Source: a virus
Strand: one strand, 5' to 3'
Length of the DNA stretch: 64,000 bases
IMG/VR virus record: IMGVR_UViG_3300023174_003073
Span: 1 to 64,000 of that record
Position numbers and translations under genes: made by a program. The notes under the pieces were generated by a model, which saw only the letters and a list, made by a program, of their open reading frames with translations, did no database searches and was not told the origin of the DNA. Numbering within the stretch: position 1 is the stretch's first letter; each line of letters opens with the position of its first letter. Of the stretch, positions 23,967 to 32,940 are shown piece by piece.

Positions 23967-24461
23967 ATGGCAAAAAAACACACAGTATATATTCAAGAAG
24001 ATCCTGATACAGGTGATTTAATTCTTCCACTACCAGAAGGTATGTGTGATGAGTTGGGCTGGGAGATCGGTGATGACATTAAATTCAAACCACACAAAGA
24101 CGGTAGCTTTACCTTGACTAAGAAACAAAAACAAGAAACACAATGGGTACTAGTTGATTGTGTCAGTACATTCCGTATACGATATATGGTTGAAGTGCCT
24201 ATTGGTGTTGACAAGTACGGAAAGAACAAAGCTGATTGGGCATTAGATACTGTTACAATGAACGGGGCAAAAGAGTTTAGCCAAGAACACATTGGTGAAC
24301 AGATTGTTAGCCATCGTGTTGTCACTAAAGAAGAGGCATTGGTATTGTGCGATGTTGACAATGACTATTGTAGTTCTTGGGATGAAGAATTAAAGGTAAA
24401 GAACTTTTTTACAACTTGGCAGGAACAAGAAGATGACACCTACAATAACGACAACGAGTGA
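23967..24461 (+). CDS. AbrB/MazE-like N-terminal domain protein
   Basis: GDLILPLPEGMCDELGWEIGDDIKF. Confidence 0.7.
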   Translation: MAKKHTVYIQEDPDTGDLILPLPEGMCDELGWEIGDDIKFKPHKDGSFTLTKKQKQETQWVLVDCVSTFRIRYMVEVPIGVDKYGKNKADWALDTVTMNGAKEFSQEHIGEQIVSHRVVTKEEALVLCDVDNDYCSSWDEELKVKNFFTTWQEQEDDTYNNDNE

Positions 24462-24738
24462 TTGGACAGATACAGATTGGACTAAGTTTGAAACTTGGTT
24501 GCGAGGTATGTTGAGCACCGATACTGTTACAGTAACCTTCACTAAGAAGGATGGTACCGAACGTGTGATGAATTGCACAACTAATCCTGATGTTGTTCCT
24601 AAAGTTGAAATCAAAGAAGGTGCAACACCTCGCAAAGTATCAGAAACTACAATGCGTGTCTTTGATACAGATATTAAAGAGTGGCGCAGTTTTACTACAA
24701 AGTCTATCAAACAGATAAACGTTACACTTGGAGCATAA
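24433..24738 (+). CDS. WYL_2 / SH3-like beta-barrel protein
   Basis: VTFTKKDGTERVMNCT...VFDTDIKEWRSF. Confidence 0.75.
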   Translation: MTPTITTTSDWTDTDWTKFETWLRGMLSTDTVTVTFTKKDGTERVMNCTTNPDVVPKVEIKEGATPRKVSETTMRVFDTDIKEWRSFTTKSIKQINVTLGA

Positions 24739-24739
24739 G

Positions 24740-24976
24740 ATGATTCGATATGATGAAACTGCACAGGTCAAGTGTGTTGACAATGGACAAACTGTAACAG
24801 CCGATGTACTTGAATTCAAACCTCAAGTGTTGTTAAGCATTAGCCTGAATAAAAGTATCAAAGTGGTACTGAAATATTCTATTAATAGTGATGAATATCA
24901 GGGTGATTTGTATGGTAGAACTTTTGTTTCAAAGGGACCAAAAGGCACACACTACAGTACAGGTCGCTCCGGTTGA
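24740..24976 (+). CDS. Hypothetical protein
   Basis: ORF, start MIRYDE. Confidence 0.7.
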   Translation: MIRYDETAQVKCVDNGQTVTADVLEFKPQVLLSISLNKSIKVVLKYSINSDEYQGDLYGRTFVSKGPKGTHYSTGRSG

Positions 24977-25008
24977 CAATAAATAAGGGTTCTGCTATAC
25001 TAATGGTT

Positions 25009-25161
25009 ATGAAAAAAGAACTCTTATCTTTCAAAATTGAACAGCCCAAACACAGGGCCCATCGTGTATTGTTCCAAGAAAATACACCGTTCAAACCCAA
25101 GGTTGTGCAAAGCAAACTTGCATATCGCCGTAACCCAAAACATAAAAATAGTGAGTACTAA
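25009..25161 (+). CDS. Small basic hypothetical protein
   Basis: PFKPKVV.SK..Y.R..KH; follows TTGACA-17-TATACT. Confidence 0.6.
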   Translation: MKKELLSFKIEQPKHRAHRVLFQENTPFKPKVVQSKLAYRRNPKHKNSEY

Positions 25162-25162
25162 C

Positions 25163-25396
25163 ATGGAGATCCTACTTTGTAAGGATTGTAAGTATATCAG
25201 CCAAGTTCCGTTACTTAACAAGGTAATACGAAATGACTATGAGCATACTTGCACACACCCTGATTCTTTGACAGAACCAACACCCGATTACGTACTAGGC
25301 CGCTCTAGGACCAGTTATTTTAAGACCTGCGAACAATCACGCATGTACGGCGAAAAGTGCGGGATATCCGCTAGAAATTATACCCCCAAAGTGTAA
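25163..25396 (+). CDS. Cys-rich hypothetical protein
   Basis: LCKDCKY...C...C...CG. Confidence 0.65.
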   Translation: MEILLCKDCKYISQVPLLNKVIRNDYEHTCTHPDSLTEPTPDYVLGRSRTSYFKTCEQSRMYGEKCGISARNYTPKV

Positions 25397-25418
25397 CAAA
25401 AAGTATTACATTTTTTGG

Positions 25419-25447
25419 TTGACAATAAATGTCTTTGGGTATATAAT
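25419..25447 (+). promoter_or_regulatory. Repeated early promoter
   Basis: TTGACA-ATAAATGTCTTTGGGTA-TATAAT. Confidence 0.87.
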
Positions 25448-25479
25448 ATATCTTGTTCAGTTGATTAAAGGAGTAAACA

Positions 25480-25782
25480 ATGGAACGTCTTTCACAGATT
25501 CAACAAGTCAATAAAGCTATCATGTTCGGTAACTTTACCAATGATGAATTGAATAGCATTGCCGATGCAGTTAAATTTGCCCGTGCTAGTATTGCAAAGC
25601 AAAACAAACGTGAAATGGGTATTGGTACTGTTGTCAAATTTACAAACAGCCGTACTGGTATGATTGTGACAGGTACTGTCAAAAAGGTAAACAGAAAGTA
25701 TATCCTTGTGAATGAGCAAAAGCCAGGTAGTTTGATTGGTTCTACATGGAGAGTTCCAGCTAGCATGTTGTCTGTTGCTTAA
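25480..25782 (+). CDS. Hypothetical protein
   Basis: AAGGAG RBS, 100 aa. Confidence 0.8.
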   Translation: MERLSQIQQVNKAIMFGNFTNDELNSIADAVKFARASIAKQNKREMGIGTVVKFTNSRTGMIVTGTVKKVNRKYILVNEQKPGSLIGSTWRVPASMLSVA

Positions 25783-25799
25783 AAACAACATACCCAAAT

Positions 25800-25828
25800 T
25801 TGACAATAAATCGGTTTGGGTATATAAT
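25800..25828 (+). promoter_or_regulatory. Repeated early promoter
   Basis: TTGACA-ATAAATCGGTTTGGGTA-TATAAT then AGAATCTTAGACAGTAAA leader. Confidence 0.88.
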
Positions 25829-25860
25829 AGAATCTTAGACAGTAAAGAAAAGGAAACGAA

Positions 25861-26103
25861 ATGACTACACTGACAACTGAAATTTATTATGGTATGTATT
25901 CTGACGAAGGCAACATGGCTGTTCACGGTATCGTGGTAGCTGCCAAAAGTCAAAATCTATCATGGAAACAGACCTTCAAGGCGTTGCGTGATTTGGCTGA
26001 CAGCAACCCTGACAGTTTCGGCGAGGCAATGGACACTGTGGTTCGTGAATGTGTCTATGATGCTATCGGTGCCGACAAGCGTGGTGAGTGTTTTTATCTG
26101 TAA
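25861..26103 (+). CDS. Hypothetical protein
   Basis: EAMDTVVRECVY; RBS. Confidence 0.75.
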   Translation: MTTLTTEIYYGMYSDEGNMAVHGIVVAAKSQNLSWKQTFKALRDLADSNPDSFGEAMDTVVRECVYDAIGADKRGECFYL

Positions 26104-26112
26104 GGAATCAAA

Positions 26113-26379
26113 ATGACTAAGAAAATCTCCATCAAAGTTTTTGCAGACCCTGGTCATGCTTGGGCACGTATTGCAAAATCCAAACTGGTGTCACTTGGCA
26201 TCGCCGACAAAATTAGTACTTATAGCTACATGAATGGTAGTAACGCATTCCTGGAAGAGGACTGTGACTTGTCAGTGTTGGTGGGCGCTCTCCGTGAGCG
26301 TGGCTATGAAATTAAATTCAACGAAAGTCACACCAACCGTCAAAGCAAAATCCGTAGTTATAATACATACCGGGCTTGA
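26113..26379 (+). CDS. Hypothetical protein
   Basis: DPGHAW...FLEEDCD motif. Confidence 0.8.
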   Translation: MTKKISIKVFADPGHAWARIAKSKLVSLGIADKISTYSYMNGSNAFLEEDCDLSVLVGALRERGYEIKFNESHTNRQSKIRSYNTYRA

Positions 26380-26404
26380 CAATAAATCAATTCGGGTATA
26401 TAAT
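26376..26404 (+). promoter_or_regulatory. Repeated early promoter
   Basis: TTGACA-ATAAATCAATTCGGGTA-TATAAT; the -35 overlaps the upstream TGA stop. Confidence 0.87.
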
Positions 26405-26436
26405 ATAATCTTAAACAGTTGAAACAAGGAATCAAA

Positions 26437-26706
26437 ATGAAAGCACTTCAAAAATACATTGACCAAAAAAATGCATGGAATGCAATTTTCAAAGGTGGAC
26501 AATTTGAAATTCAAACTGCTGAGGGTCGCAAACGTGTTGCAGAAAGCATTGATGCTGAACTTAGCCCTGAAAACTTGACCTGCGATGGTGAACTGCCCCG
26601 TAGTCAAGTGCAAGCCCGTTACAAGGCATTGACAGGTGCCGCTAAGGACCTTATCAAATTGGATCCTAGCATGGCTCAATACATGTACGAATTTTCGGAG
26701 GTATAA
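26437..26706 (+). CDS. Hypothetical protein
   Basis: LSPENLTCDGE motif. Confidence 0.8.
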   Translation: MKALQKYIDQKNAWNAIFKGGQFEIQTAEGRKRVAESIDAELSPENLTCDGELPRSQVQARYKALTGAAKDLIKLDPSMAQYMYEFSEV

Positions 26707-26708
26707 TC

Positions 26709-26927
26709 ATGGGTGCTATCCTTGCTGGTATAGGAGCTACTGTTTTAGCCATCGCAGGTATTTTATTTTTTAGTTTCTTGTGTTCATGGCCGGTGTACAT
26801 GCTGTGGAACTATTGTTTGGTTGGTGCAGTTGCAGGTGTCTACGAAGTGTCCTGGTTGCAGGCATGGGGCTTGGCAGTGCTATGCGGATTGTTGTTCAAA
26901 ACTAATGTGGAAAGAAAATCAAAATGA
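26709..26927 (+). CDS. Hypothetical membrane protein
   Basis: Hydrophobic, GGAGG RBS. Confidence 0.75.
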   Translation: MGAILAGIGATVLAIAGILFFSFLCSWPVYMLWNYCLVGAVAGVYEVSWLQAWGLAVLCGLLFKTNVERKSK

Positions 26928-27121
26928 GCGAAAAGTTAACACAGGCTGAGGTCAAGTATCATGAACTGGTTAACACGGTGCAAACATTGACCAAACAACT
27001 CACAGAGTTCCGCAAAATCACTTTTGACTTTGATGGGTTCGACTTTGATGAAATTAACGAAATGTTATACGACATGTTGGGCGAGATTGATGCCCAATTA
27101 CTTGAGGAGAATTTTGAATGA
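26924..27121 (+). CDS. Hypothetical protein
   Basis: Coupled ORF. Confidence 0.7.
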   Translation: MSEKLTQAEVKYHELVNTVQTLTKQLTEFRKITFDFDGFDFDEINEMLYDMLGEIDAQLLEENFE

Positions 27122-27288
27122 GTAATGCAGAGAAAATGAAATTGGCAATTGCAAGATTGGAAGAAGCCAAAGAATTAATGATTGAATCATTGGGTGAAAT
27201 GGATTTTGTAATGGACCATCTCATCCTTATTGATACTATGATTGATGAATTAGCAGAGTATAGAATTGAGGAGTTAGAAAATGAGTAA
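27118..27288 (+). CDS. Small acidic hypothetical protein (56 aa, not in the ORF track)
   Basis: GAGGAG RBS, MSNAEKMKLAIARLEE... Confidence 0.6.
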   Translation: MSNAEKMKLAIARLEEAKELMIESLGEMDFVMDHLILIDTMIDELAEYRIEELENE

Positions 27289-27454
27289 AATGGCTGATGT
27301 AATGTTGGATATTGAAATGATGATTGAAGAAGGAACACATCCTATGACAATCGCCAGAATGCTTGATATCCCCATCGTGTGGGTGTATGATACACTTGAA
27401 CAAATGGAGCCGAACGAAGAAGAACTAAGTCCCTTTGCTACATTGAATTCATAG
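27281..27454 (+). CDS. Small HTH-like protein (57 aa, not in the ORF track)
   Basis: GAGGAG RBS, MSKMADVMLDIEMMIEEGTHPMTIARMLDIPIVWV... Confidence 0.6.
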   Translation: MSKMADVMLDIEMMIEEGTHPMTIARMLDIPIVWVYDTLEQMEPNEEELSPFATLNS

Positions 27455-27611
27455 TATGGTTATCCTTAACTTATTCTTTGCATTCTTAGCGGCTAAGTGG
27501 ATTATTGAATCTGAGAAATATTCCTTTGCTTGGTTCTTAAGTGGAACCTGTTTTGTGTTTAATACGCTGGCGGTGTTGACGCACCTAGAACAAATTTTTT
27601 GAAAGAATTAA

Positions 27612-28673
27612 ATGAGCTATTTTTTGAAGTCTGGTAATACCTTTCGTGTTGCTAGTGATGAAGCGATGGACATTCATCGCAAACTGCCCGTCGGTAACTA
27701 TGTTATCAAATTGAATGATATGTCAGGTGAATTGTATTTGGAAGGCATTGATAATTTTAATATTCCAAGTAAAATTTATGGTAATTGTCTAAAGCATACA
27801 GACAAGATTATCCGAACCTTTATGGATCGTGATAATGCAACTGGTGTAATGATGACCGGTGAAAAAGGTAGTGGTAAAACATTGCTTACCAAGAATGTCT
27901 CTATTCAATTGGCTAAGCAGGGCATCCCTACAATCGTTATCAATGCTCCCTGGAGTGGTGATAAGTTTAACACATTCATTCAAAACATTGAACAGCCCTG
28001 TGCTATTCTATTTGATGAATTTGAAAAGACCTACAATGAACGTGATGAACAGGAAGCTATTCTGACATTGTTGGATGGTGTGTTCCCAACTAAAAAGTTG
28101 TTCATGTTGACTTGTAATGACAAGTGGCGTATTGACCAACATATGCGTAATCGTCCCGGTCGTATTTTCTACATGATGGATTTCAAAGGTTTGGATGCAG
28201 ACTTTATTCGTCAATACTGCAATGATAATCTAGAGAACAAGGTTCACATTGAAACTATTGTCAATGTCGGTAGCTTGTTTGCCGAATTCAACTTTGACAT
28301 GCTGAAAGCATTGGTTGAAGAAATGAATCGCTACAATGAAACTCCACAAGAGGCATTGGAGATGTTGAACGCTAAGCCTGAGTTTGATAGCGGTACTGAG
28401 TACAAGGTCAAGATTGTGCATAATGGTAAGGAAATTATCGAACCTCGCCGAAGCACATTCGCGGGCAACCCACTGCAACCTCGGGGTGTTGAAGTTGAGT
28501 TTGATGCTGACCCTGATGATGATGAAAGCGAATACATTTGGAAGACTTTCAAACCCGATGCATTGATTCATGTCGATGGTCGTAAGGGTGAATTCACTTT
28601 CCAAGACAACGGAACCACTGTTGTGTTGACAAAAATCGAAAAGAAAACGTACCATCTGTACGATGCTTTTTGA
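27612..28673 (+). CDS. AAA+ ATPase
   Basis: GEKGSGKT Walker A, ILFDEFEK Walker B, NRPGRI. Confidence 0.92.
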   Translation: MSYFLKSGNTFRVASDEAMDIHRKLPVGNYVIKLNDMSGELYLEGIDNFNIPSKIYGNCLKHTDKIIRTFMDRDNATGVMMTGEKGSGKTLLTKNVSIQLAKQGIPTIVINAPWSGDKFNTFIQNIEQPCAILFDEFEKTYNERDEQEAILTLLDGVFPTKKLFMLTCNDKWRIDQHMRNRPGRIFYMMDFKGLDADFIRQYCNDNLENKVHIETIVNVGSLFAEFNFDMLKALVEEMNRYNETPQEALEMLNAKPEFDSGTEYKVKIVHNGKEIIEPRRSTFAGNPLQPRGVEVEFDADPDDDESEYIWKTFKPDALIHVDGRKGEFTFQDNGTTVVLTKIEKKTYHLYDAF

Positions 28674-28693
28674 AACTAAAAGTATACACTTTT

Positions 28694-28720
28694 AAAAGAG
28701 TACTTTTGTACTCTTTTTTT
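28694..28720 (+). terminator. Rho-independent terminator
   Basis: AAAAGAGTAC-TTTT-GTACTCTTTT plus T run. Confidence 0.8.
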
Positions 28721-28732
28721 CGGTTAAAAAGG

Positions 28733-28761
28733 TTGACAATAAATCGGTTTGGGTATATAAT
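28733..28761 (+). promoter_or_regulatory. Repeated early promoter
   Basis: TTGACA-ATAAATCGGTTTGGGTA-TATAAT then ACTTGTATTGATTGATTAAAGGAG. Confidence 0.88.
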
Positions 28762-28790
28762 ACTTGTATTGATTGATTAAAGGAGTTCTT

Positions 28791-28922
28791 ATGTTTCGCA
28801 TTAACAGTTACATTTTTCGCAATGCAGAGGCCCTAGGTGAATATCTCAAATTGCACAAAGGTAAAACTTTTGTAGTAGAATATATTACTGAGTATATGTT
28901 GAACGATCCAATGGAACAGTGA
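28791..28922 (+). CDS. Small hypothetical protein (43 aa, not in the ORF track)
   Basis: AAGGAG RBS, MFRINSYIFRNAEALGEYLK... Confidence 0.6.
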   Translation: MFRINSYIFRNAEALGEYLKLHKGKTFVVEYITEYMLNDPMEQ

Positions 28923-28928
28923 AAACGG

Positions 28929-28957
28929 TTGACAGTAAATGGATTTGGGTATATAAT
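28929..28957 (+). promoter_or_regulatory. Repeated early promoter
   Basis: TTGACA-GTAAATGGATTTGGGTA-TATAAT then AGAATCTTAAACAGTAAACAACAGGAG. Confidence 0.88.
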
Positions 28958-28990
28958 AGAATCTTAAACAGTAAACAACAGGAGAAACAA

Positions 28991-29401
28991 ATGGCTTACA
29001 TGTCTCAGGAACGCAAATCAGAAATCGCCCCTAACGTCAAGGCTGTGCTGAAAAAGTTCGGTATCAAGGGCTCACTGAGCGTCCGTCATCATTCTACATT
29101 GTCACTGACCTTGAAGTCAGGTAATATTGACTTTATTGGTAACTCTAATCGTGTGTGTGGTTCCGATCACTATCAAGTCGCACGTGGTTTTAAACCTAAC
29201 GCAAGTGGTTACGATTCCATCAACCCTTACTGGTTCCACGAACACTATGACGGTGATGCTAAGGCATTCCTTACCGAAGTCATGGAAGCAATGAATGATG
29301 GTAATTGGGACAAGAGCGATATCCAATCCGACTACTTTAACGTAGGTTGGTATGTTGAAGTACATATCGGCAAATGGAACAAGCCCTATATTCTGGGTTA
29401 A
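28991..29401 (+). CDS. Hypothetical phage protein
   Basis: MAYMSQE...SDIQSDYFNVGWY..IGKWNKPY. Confidence 0.8.
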   Translation: MAYMSQERKSEIAPNVKAVLKKFGIKGSLSVRHHSTLSLTLKSGNIDFIGNSNRVCGSDHYQVARGFKPNASGYDSINPYWFHEHYDGDAKAFLTEVMEAMNDGNWDKSDIQSDYFNVGWYVEVHIGKWNKPYILG

Positions 29402-29515
29402 TTAACAAGATTTTGGTAACACAAATGGTTGACATTAATAACCCTTTGTGTTATCATTATAACTGTGCTGAAAAGCATATTTTATCAACTAGCTATATTT
29501 TTTAAAGGAATACAA

Positions 29516-29899
29516 ATGGCTAATCAAACTTTCAAAGTCGCAGGTATTACAGTTCACAACGGTAACGCTAAGGTTCGTTTCACTGATGACATGGTGCGCC
29601 GTGTTAAACAATTCTCTAAAGGTGGTGCTACTCGCATTGACCTGATTGAGTTGCCTAGCGAAATGACTAAGGTCGAGGCACTTACTTATTTGGCTGCTCA
29701 TGCAGACTTCCAAAGTGCTGAGGATCAGGCAACTATCAGTGATGCATTGGCTGATCGTGTGAAAGAGGCAAGCAAGGGCACTGTTAAAGTGCGTACTACT
29801 AAAGCCGCAAAGCCTAGTCTTGATTCTATCAAGGCTCGTGGTAAGAAAGAAGTTACTGCTGAACAAGTGTTAGCAGAAGTCGGTGTCGCAACCGTTTAA
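29516..29899 (+). CDS. Hypothetical protein with Ala/Lys-rich tail
   Basis: MANQTFKVAG...KVRF..D; AAGGA RBS; downstream AGGCGC/GCGCCT hairpin. Confidence 0.8.
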   Translation: MANQTFKVAGITVHNGNAKVRFTDDMVRRVKQFSKGGATRIDLIELPSEMTKVEALTYLAAHADFQSAEDQATISDALADRVKEASKGTVKVRTTKAAKPSLDSIKARGKKEVTAEQVLAEVGVATV

Positions 29900-29948
29900 A
29901 CAAACAAGGCGCTACGGCGCCTATCTCCATTTATAACAAGGAAACAAA

Positions 29949-30137
29949 ATGAAATTAAGTGATAAACTTGCTAAGGTTAGTGATAGCCTTACCGTTAATA
30001 TGTACGACAATGGTTTTATGGTTGAAGTATCAGGTCGTGATGAAGAATCTGATTGGAAGAGTGCAAAGATTATGTGCCCTACATTGGAAGAAGTCTTTGC
30101 AGTTATCCGTGAAGCCAGTGAAATGGAACGTGATTAA
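29949..30137 (+). CDS. Hypothetical protein
   Basis: YDNGFMVEVSGRD. Confidence 0.75.
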   Translation: MKLSDKLAKVSDSLTVNMYDNGFMVEVSGRDEESDWKSAKIMCPTLEEVFAVIREASEMERD

Positions 30138-30370
30138 TGGCAACGTATGATAATTGGACCACACTAAGTGAAACGGCAATGCGCCGCCGAAGATTTGATC
30201 CAACAAACAAGACCGATTTGTATGAATTGGCTTACTTTAAGCAAAATCATAAGTGGCGCACTAGTTGCCCGTTTTATTTAGAATGGCCTTTTGAGGATGT
30301 GATTACAATGTGTCATACTAAGTACACCGATCACATGCTAAACAAGTTAGAGATTAAAAACTTTATATAA
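30137..30370 (+). CDS. Hypothetical protein
   Basis: CPFYLEWP. Confidence 0.75.
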   Translation: MATYDNWTTLSETAMRRRRFDPTNKTDLYELAYFKQNHKWRTSCPFYLEWPFEDVITMCHTKYTDHMLNKLEIKNFI

Positions 30371-30371
30371 T

Positions 30372-30398
30372 AAAAAAGCCCCTAAAGGGGCTTTTTTT
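30372..30398. terminator. Bidirectional terminator between convergent blocks
   Basis: AAAAAAGCCCC-TAAA-GGGGCTTTTTTT. Confidence 0.9.
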
Positions 30399-32272
30399 TA
30401 TGTTGCTGATGTAATAGTTTCCCAACCACTACCAGTATACACTTTTAATTTATGTGAAGTGTTACTATAATATATCATACCCTCTGTAGGTGATGTAGGG
30501 GCAGTTGACATAGGTGTCAATTTTATAAATGTATTTGCATAGATAGTCTCTGCATTGATTACATTGGCAATTGTATTGCCAGTAACATTAGCAGTGGTTG
30601 CAACAATATTACCTAAAGTACTATCACCTACAACTTTTAATGTACCGGTAACGTTAGCCATTCCACCTACATATAAATTCTCTCCAACACCAACACCACC
30701 TGCAACTCTTAATGCACCAGTTGTGTTAGATGTTGATGTTGTAGTAGTATCAATCTGTACAATGCCTGCGGCAATTTGTACTGCATATGCATTGGTTAAT
30801 GTAACATTGTTACCTGCAATTGGCGCACCTGCAACATACAATGTTGAAGCCTTAGTAGCAGTAACAGCAATGTTACTTGCCGCAATCGTTGGTCTGTTGA
30901 TTACGTTAATTGCGGCACTTGATACTGTACCTGATCCTGCTGTTGTACTATCTGTATATGTTGCAGATGATACAATCAATCCAGTACCACTAGTACCCCA
31001 TGCTGAAGTAGTTTGTGAACCGGACACTTGAAGCGTTGGTGCTATAACTGATGTATTTGCTAAAAGATTGGCACCTGTTATGTTAGCAGAAGTTGTTACA
31101 AAGCCATTGCTAGAAACATTTCCACCACCGCGAATCTTTCCTAGAACAGTAACATTACTTGATAATGTACTTGATACAACTACTGCATTGGAGTTGCCTG
31201 TAATAACAGTGTAATCACCGTTGTAACCTGTAGGGGTAACACCTGATACGTTTATTAGTGAATTTGCAACGAATGGAATTCCATCTTGTGTTGCAAAAAT
31301 TATTGTAAGTTCATTTGTTGGTCCACCGGTACCACTCATTTCAGTGATTGATAAATTGGCACCTAAACTTATACCATTTAATGAGTTCACTATGCCGGTT
31401 GTGACAAAGTTTCCAGCATTAACGTTTCCTGAAATATTGGCAACGGTGTTACTCACGATGTATTCAGCAGTAAGATTGCCTACTAGAGTTATATCATCAG
31501 GTATCTCAATTTCAATTGTACCGGACTCTGTAATCGGTGAATTATTAACAGTTAGTGAATCACTAGTTACATCAACTCTAGTAACAGTTCCGATTGCTCT
31601 CAATGAGGATGATATTGTAATATTACCAGTACTATTGCTAATTTCAATTCCAGTACCTGCATTTATTCGTGTAACACCGGTGTTAGTAATGCTGATGATT
31701 CCGCTATCTATTACTGGACCACCTTCTATTAATAATCCAGAACCTACTGCTTGTACTGCAACACTTGTTACAGTCCCAGCTACAGTTGTGTTTGCAATGC
31801 TAGTAATTCGACCATATGAATCTACTGACATTAATGGATTAATATAATCACCTGCTTCAAATCCAGAACCAGTAGGTATAATCGGTAATTCAACTCTAAT
31901 ATCACCTGCACTAATTATAGGAGAATCTGTTACTGATAACGAAGTACTGAGTATACCAACACTAGTTACACCAACCATGCCCTCAGAACCAGAAGCGGAT
32001 ATTACAACTTCACCTGTTGTTCCGGATAATGTAATCCCGGTACCTGCTGTTAAACTTAAAACACCAGTATTGTTTACTCTCACAACACCGTTGCTATTAT
32101 ATGATGATATTGATATACCATTTCCACTGGTGAATGTATTGTATGGACTAGCGCAAGCAAATAGTGTAGTGAAATTATTTGCAGTTTTATTAAAGGCAGC
32201 AAAAATACTATCAGCACCGGATGCTTGATTTTCTACCCCTACGTTTATTGTTTCTTTTCCTGAAATTGCCAT
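30398..32272 (-). CDS. Tail fibre / virion structural protein
   Basis: T/G/N/S-rich repeats (AGTGITLS, VDSYGRIT, TGALRVAGGVGVGENLYVGG); C-terminal P..GMIYY..KVYTGSGW; late-promoter motif upstream. Confidence 0.8.
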   Translation of the reverse strand: MAISGKETINVGVENQASGADSIFAAFNKTANNFTTLFACASPYNTFTSGNGISISSYNSNGVVRVNNTGVLSLTAGTGITLSGTTGEVVISASGSEGMVGVTSVGILSTSLSVTDSPIISAGDIRVELPIIPTGSGFEAGDYINPLMSVDSYGRITSIANTTVAGTVTSVAVQAVGSGLLIEGGPVIDSGIISITNTGVTRINAGTGIEISNSTGNITISSSLRAIGTVTRVDVTSDSLTVNNSPITESGTIEIEIPDDITLVGNLTAEYIVSNTVANISGNVNAGNFVTTGIVNSLNGISLGANLSITEMSGTGGPTNELTIIFATQDGIPFVANSLINVSGVTPTGYNGDYTVITGNSNAVVVSSTLSSNVTVLGKIRGGGNVSSNGFVTTSANITGANLLANTSVIAPTLQVSGSQTTSAWGTSGTGLIVSSATYTDSTTAGSGTVSSAAINVINRPTIAASNIAVTATKASTLYVAGAPIAGNNVTLTNAYAVQIAAGIVQIDTTTTSTSNTTGALRVAGGVGVGENLYVGGMANVTGTLKVVGDSTLGNIVATTANVTGNTIANVINAETIYANTFIKLTPMSTAPTSPTEGMIYYSNTSHKLKVYTGSGWETITSAT

Positions 32273-32296
32273 GATAATCCTTATCTAGTATTTATC

Positions 32297-32620
32297 TTAA
32301 ACTGAGAAGGAACTTCCACAGCCGCATGTACTAGATGCTGTGGGGTTTTTAATCCTAAATTCCGACCCCATTAGTTCCTCAACATAGTCAACCTCTACTC
32401 CCTGAAGATATTGAGCCGACATTACGTCAACCAGGACCCTTGAGGAACCTGCTGAAAATTCAAGGTCATCTTCACTTTTACTGTCATCTAACATGAATCC
32501 ATAACTAAACCCCGAACATCCCCCACCCTGCACAAACATGCGTAATTTTAAGTCAGGATTGTTCTCTTCCGCAATAATATCTGCTATTTTGATACTTGCT
32601 GATTCTGTAATTGTTATCAT
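32297..32620 (-). CDS. erpA: A-type Fe-S carrier, ErpA-like
   Basis: [17 protein letters not shown]...[16 protein letters not shown]. Confidence 0.88.
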   Translation of the reverse strand: MITITESASIKIADIIAEENNPDLKLRMFVQGGGCSGFSYGFMLDDSKSEDDLEFSAGSSRVLVDVMSAQYLQGVEVDYVEELMGSEFRIKNPTASSTCGCGSSFSV

Positions 32621-32940
32621 ACTCTAAAACTTTCTCCGCATCCACAGCGGTCACGTTCATTGGGGTTTATAAACTCAAACCCCTCATTTAATCCTTTTTT
32701 AACATAATCTATAGTCATTCCTTCTAAGTATACATTATGTTTTTTATCTACTATTACACAAAAGTTAGGTTGGGCATAATTGATAGTAGTAGAATCATCA
32801 ATATATTCGTCAATATATTCTAATACATAGGCAAGACCGCTACAACCGGTTGTTTTTACCCCTAGTTTTATTCCTGCATAGCCTTTGAGTTCAGTTAATT
32901 TTTGTATCTTATCTTTGGCCTGTGGAGTAACTGATATCAT
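32617..32940 (-). CDS. iscA: A-type Fe-S carrier IscA
   Basis: [15 protein letters not shown]...[25 protein letters not shown]. Confidence 0.9.
   Translation of the reverse strand: MISVTPQAKDKIQKLTELKGYAGIKLGVKTTGCSGLAYVLEYIDEYIDDSTTINYAQPNFCVIVDKKHNVYLEGMTIDYVKKGLNEGFEFINPNERDRCGCGESFRV

Noticed and set aside
28919-28990. Shared N-terminal peptide DS.WIWVYNRILNS in ORFs 28919 and 50964
   Set aside because: It is the translated promoter repeat. The real starts are at 28991 and 50853.
30555-32228. Plus-strand ORFs opposite the tail-fibre gene, and similar antisense ORFs within DUF2828, the AAA ATPase, dnaK and clpX
   Set aside because: They are antisense shadows of codon-biased genes, with no RBS or recognisable motif.
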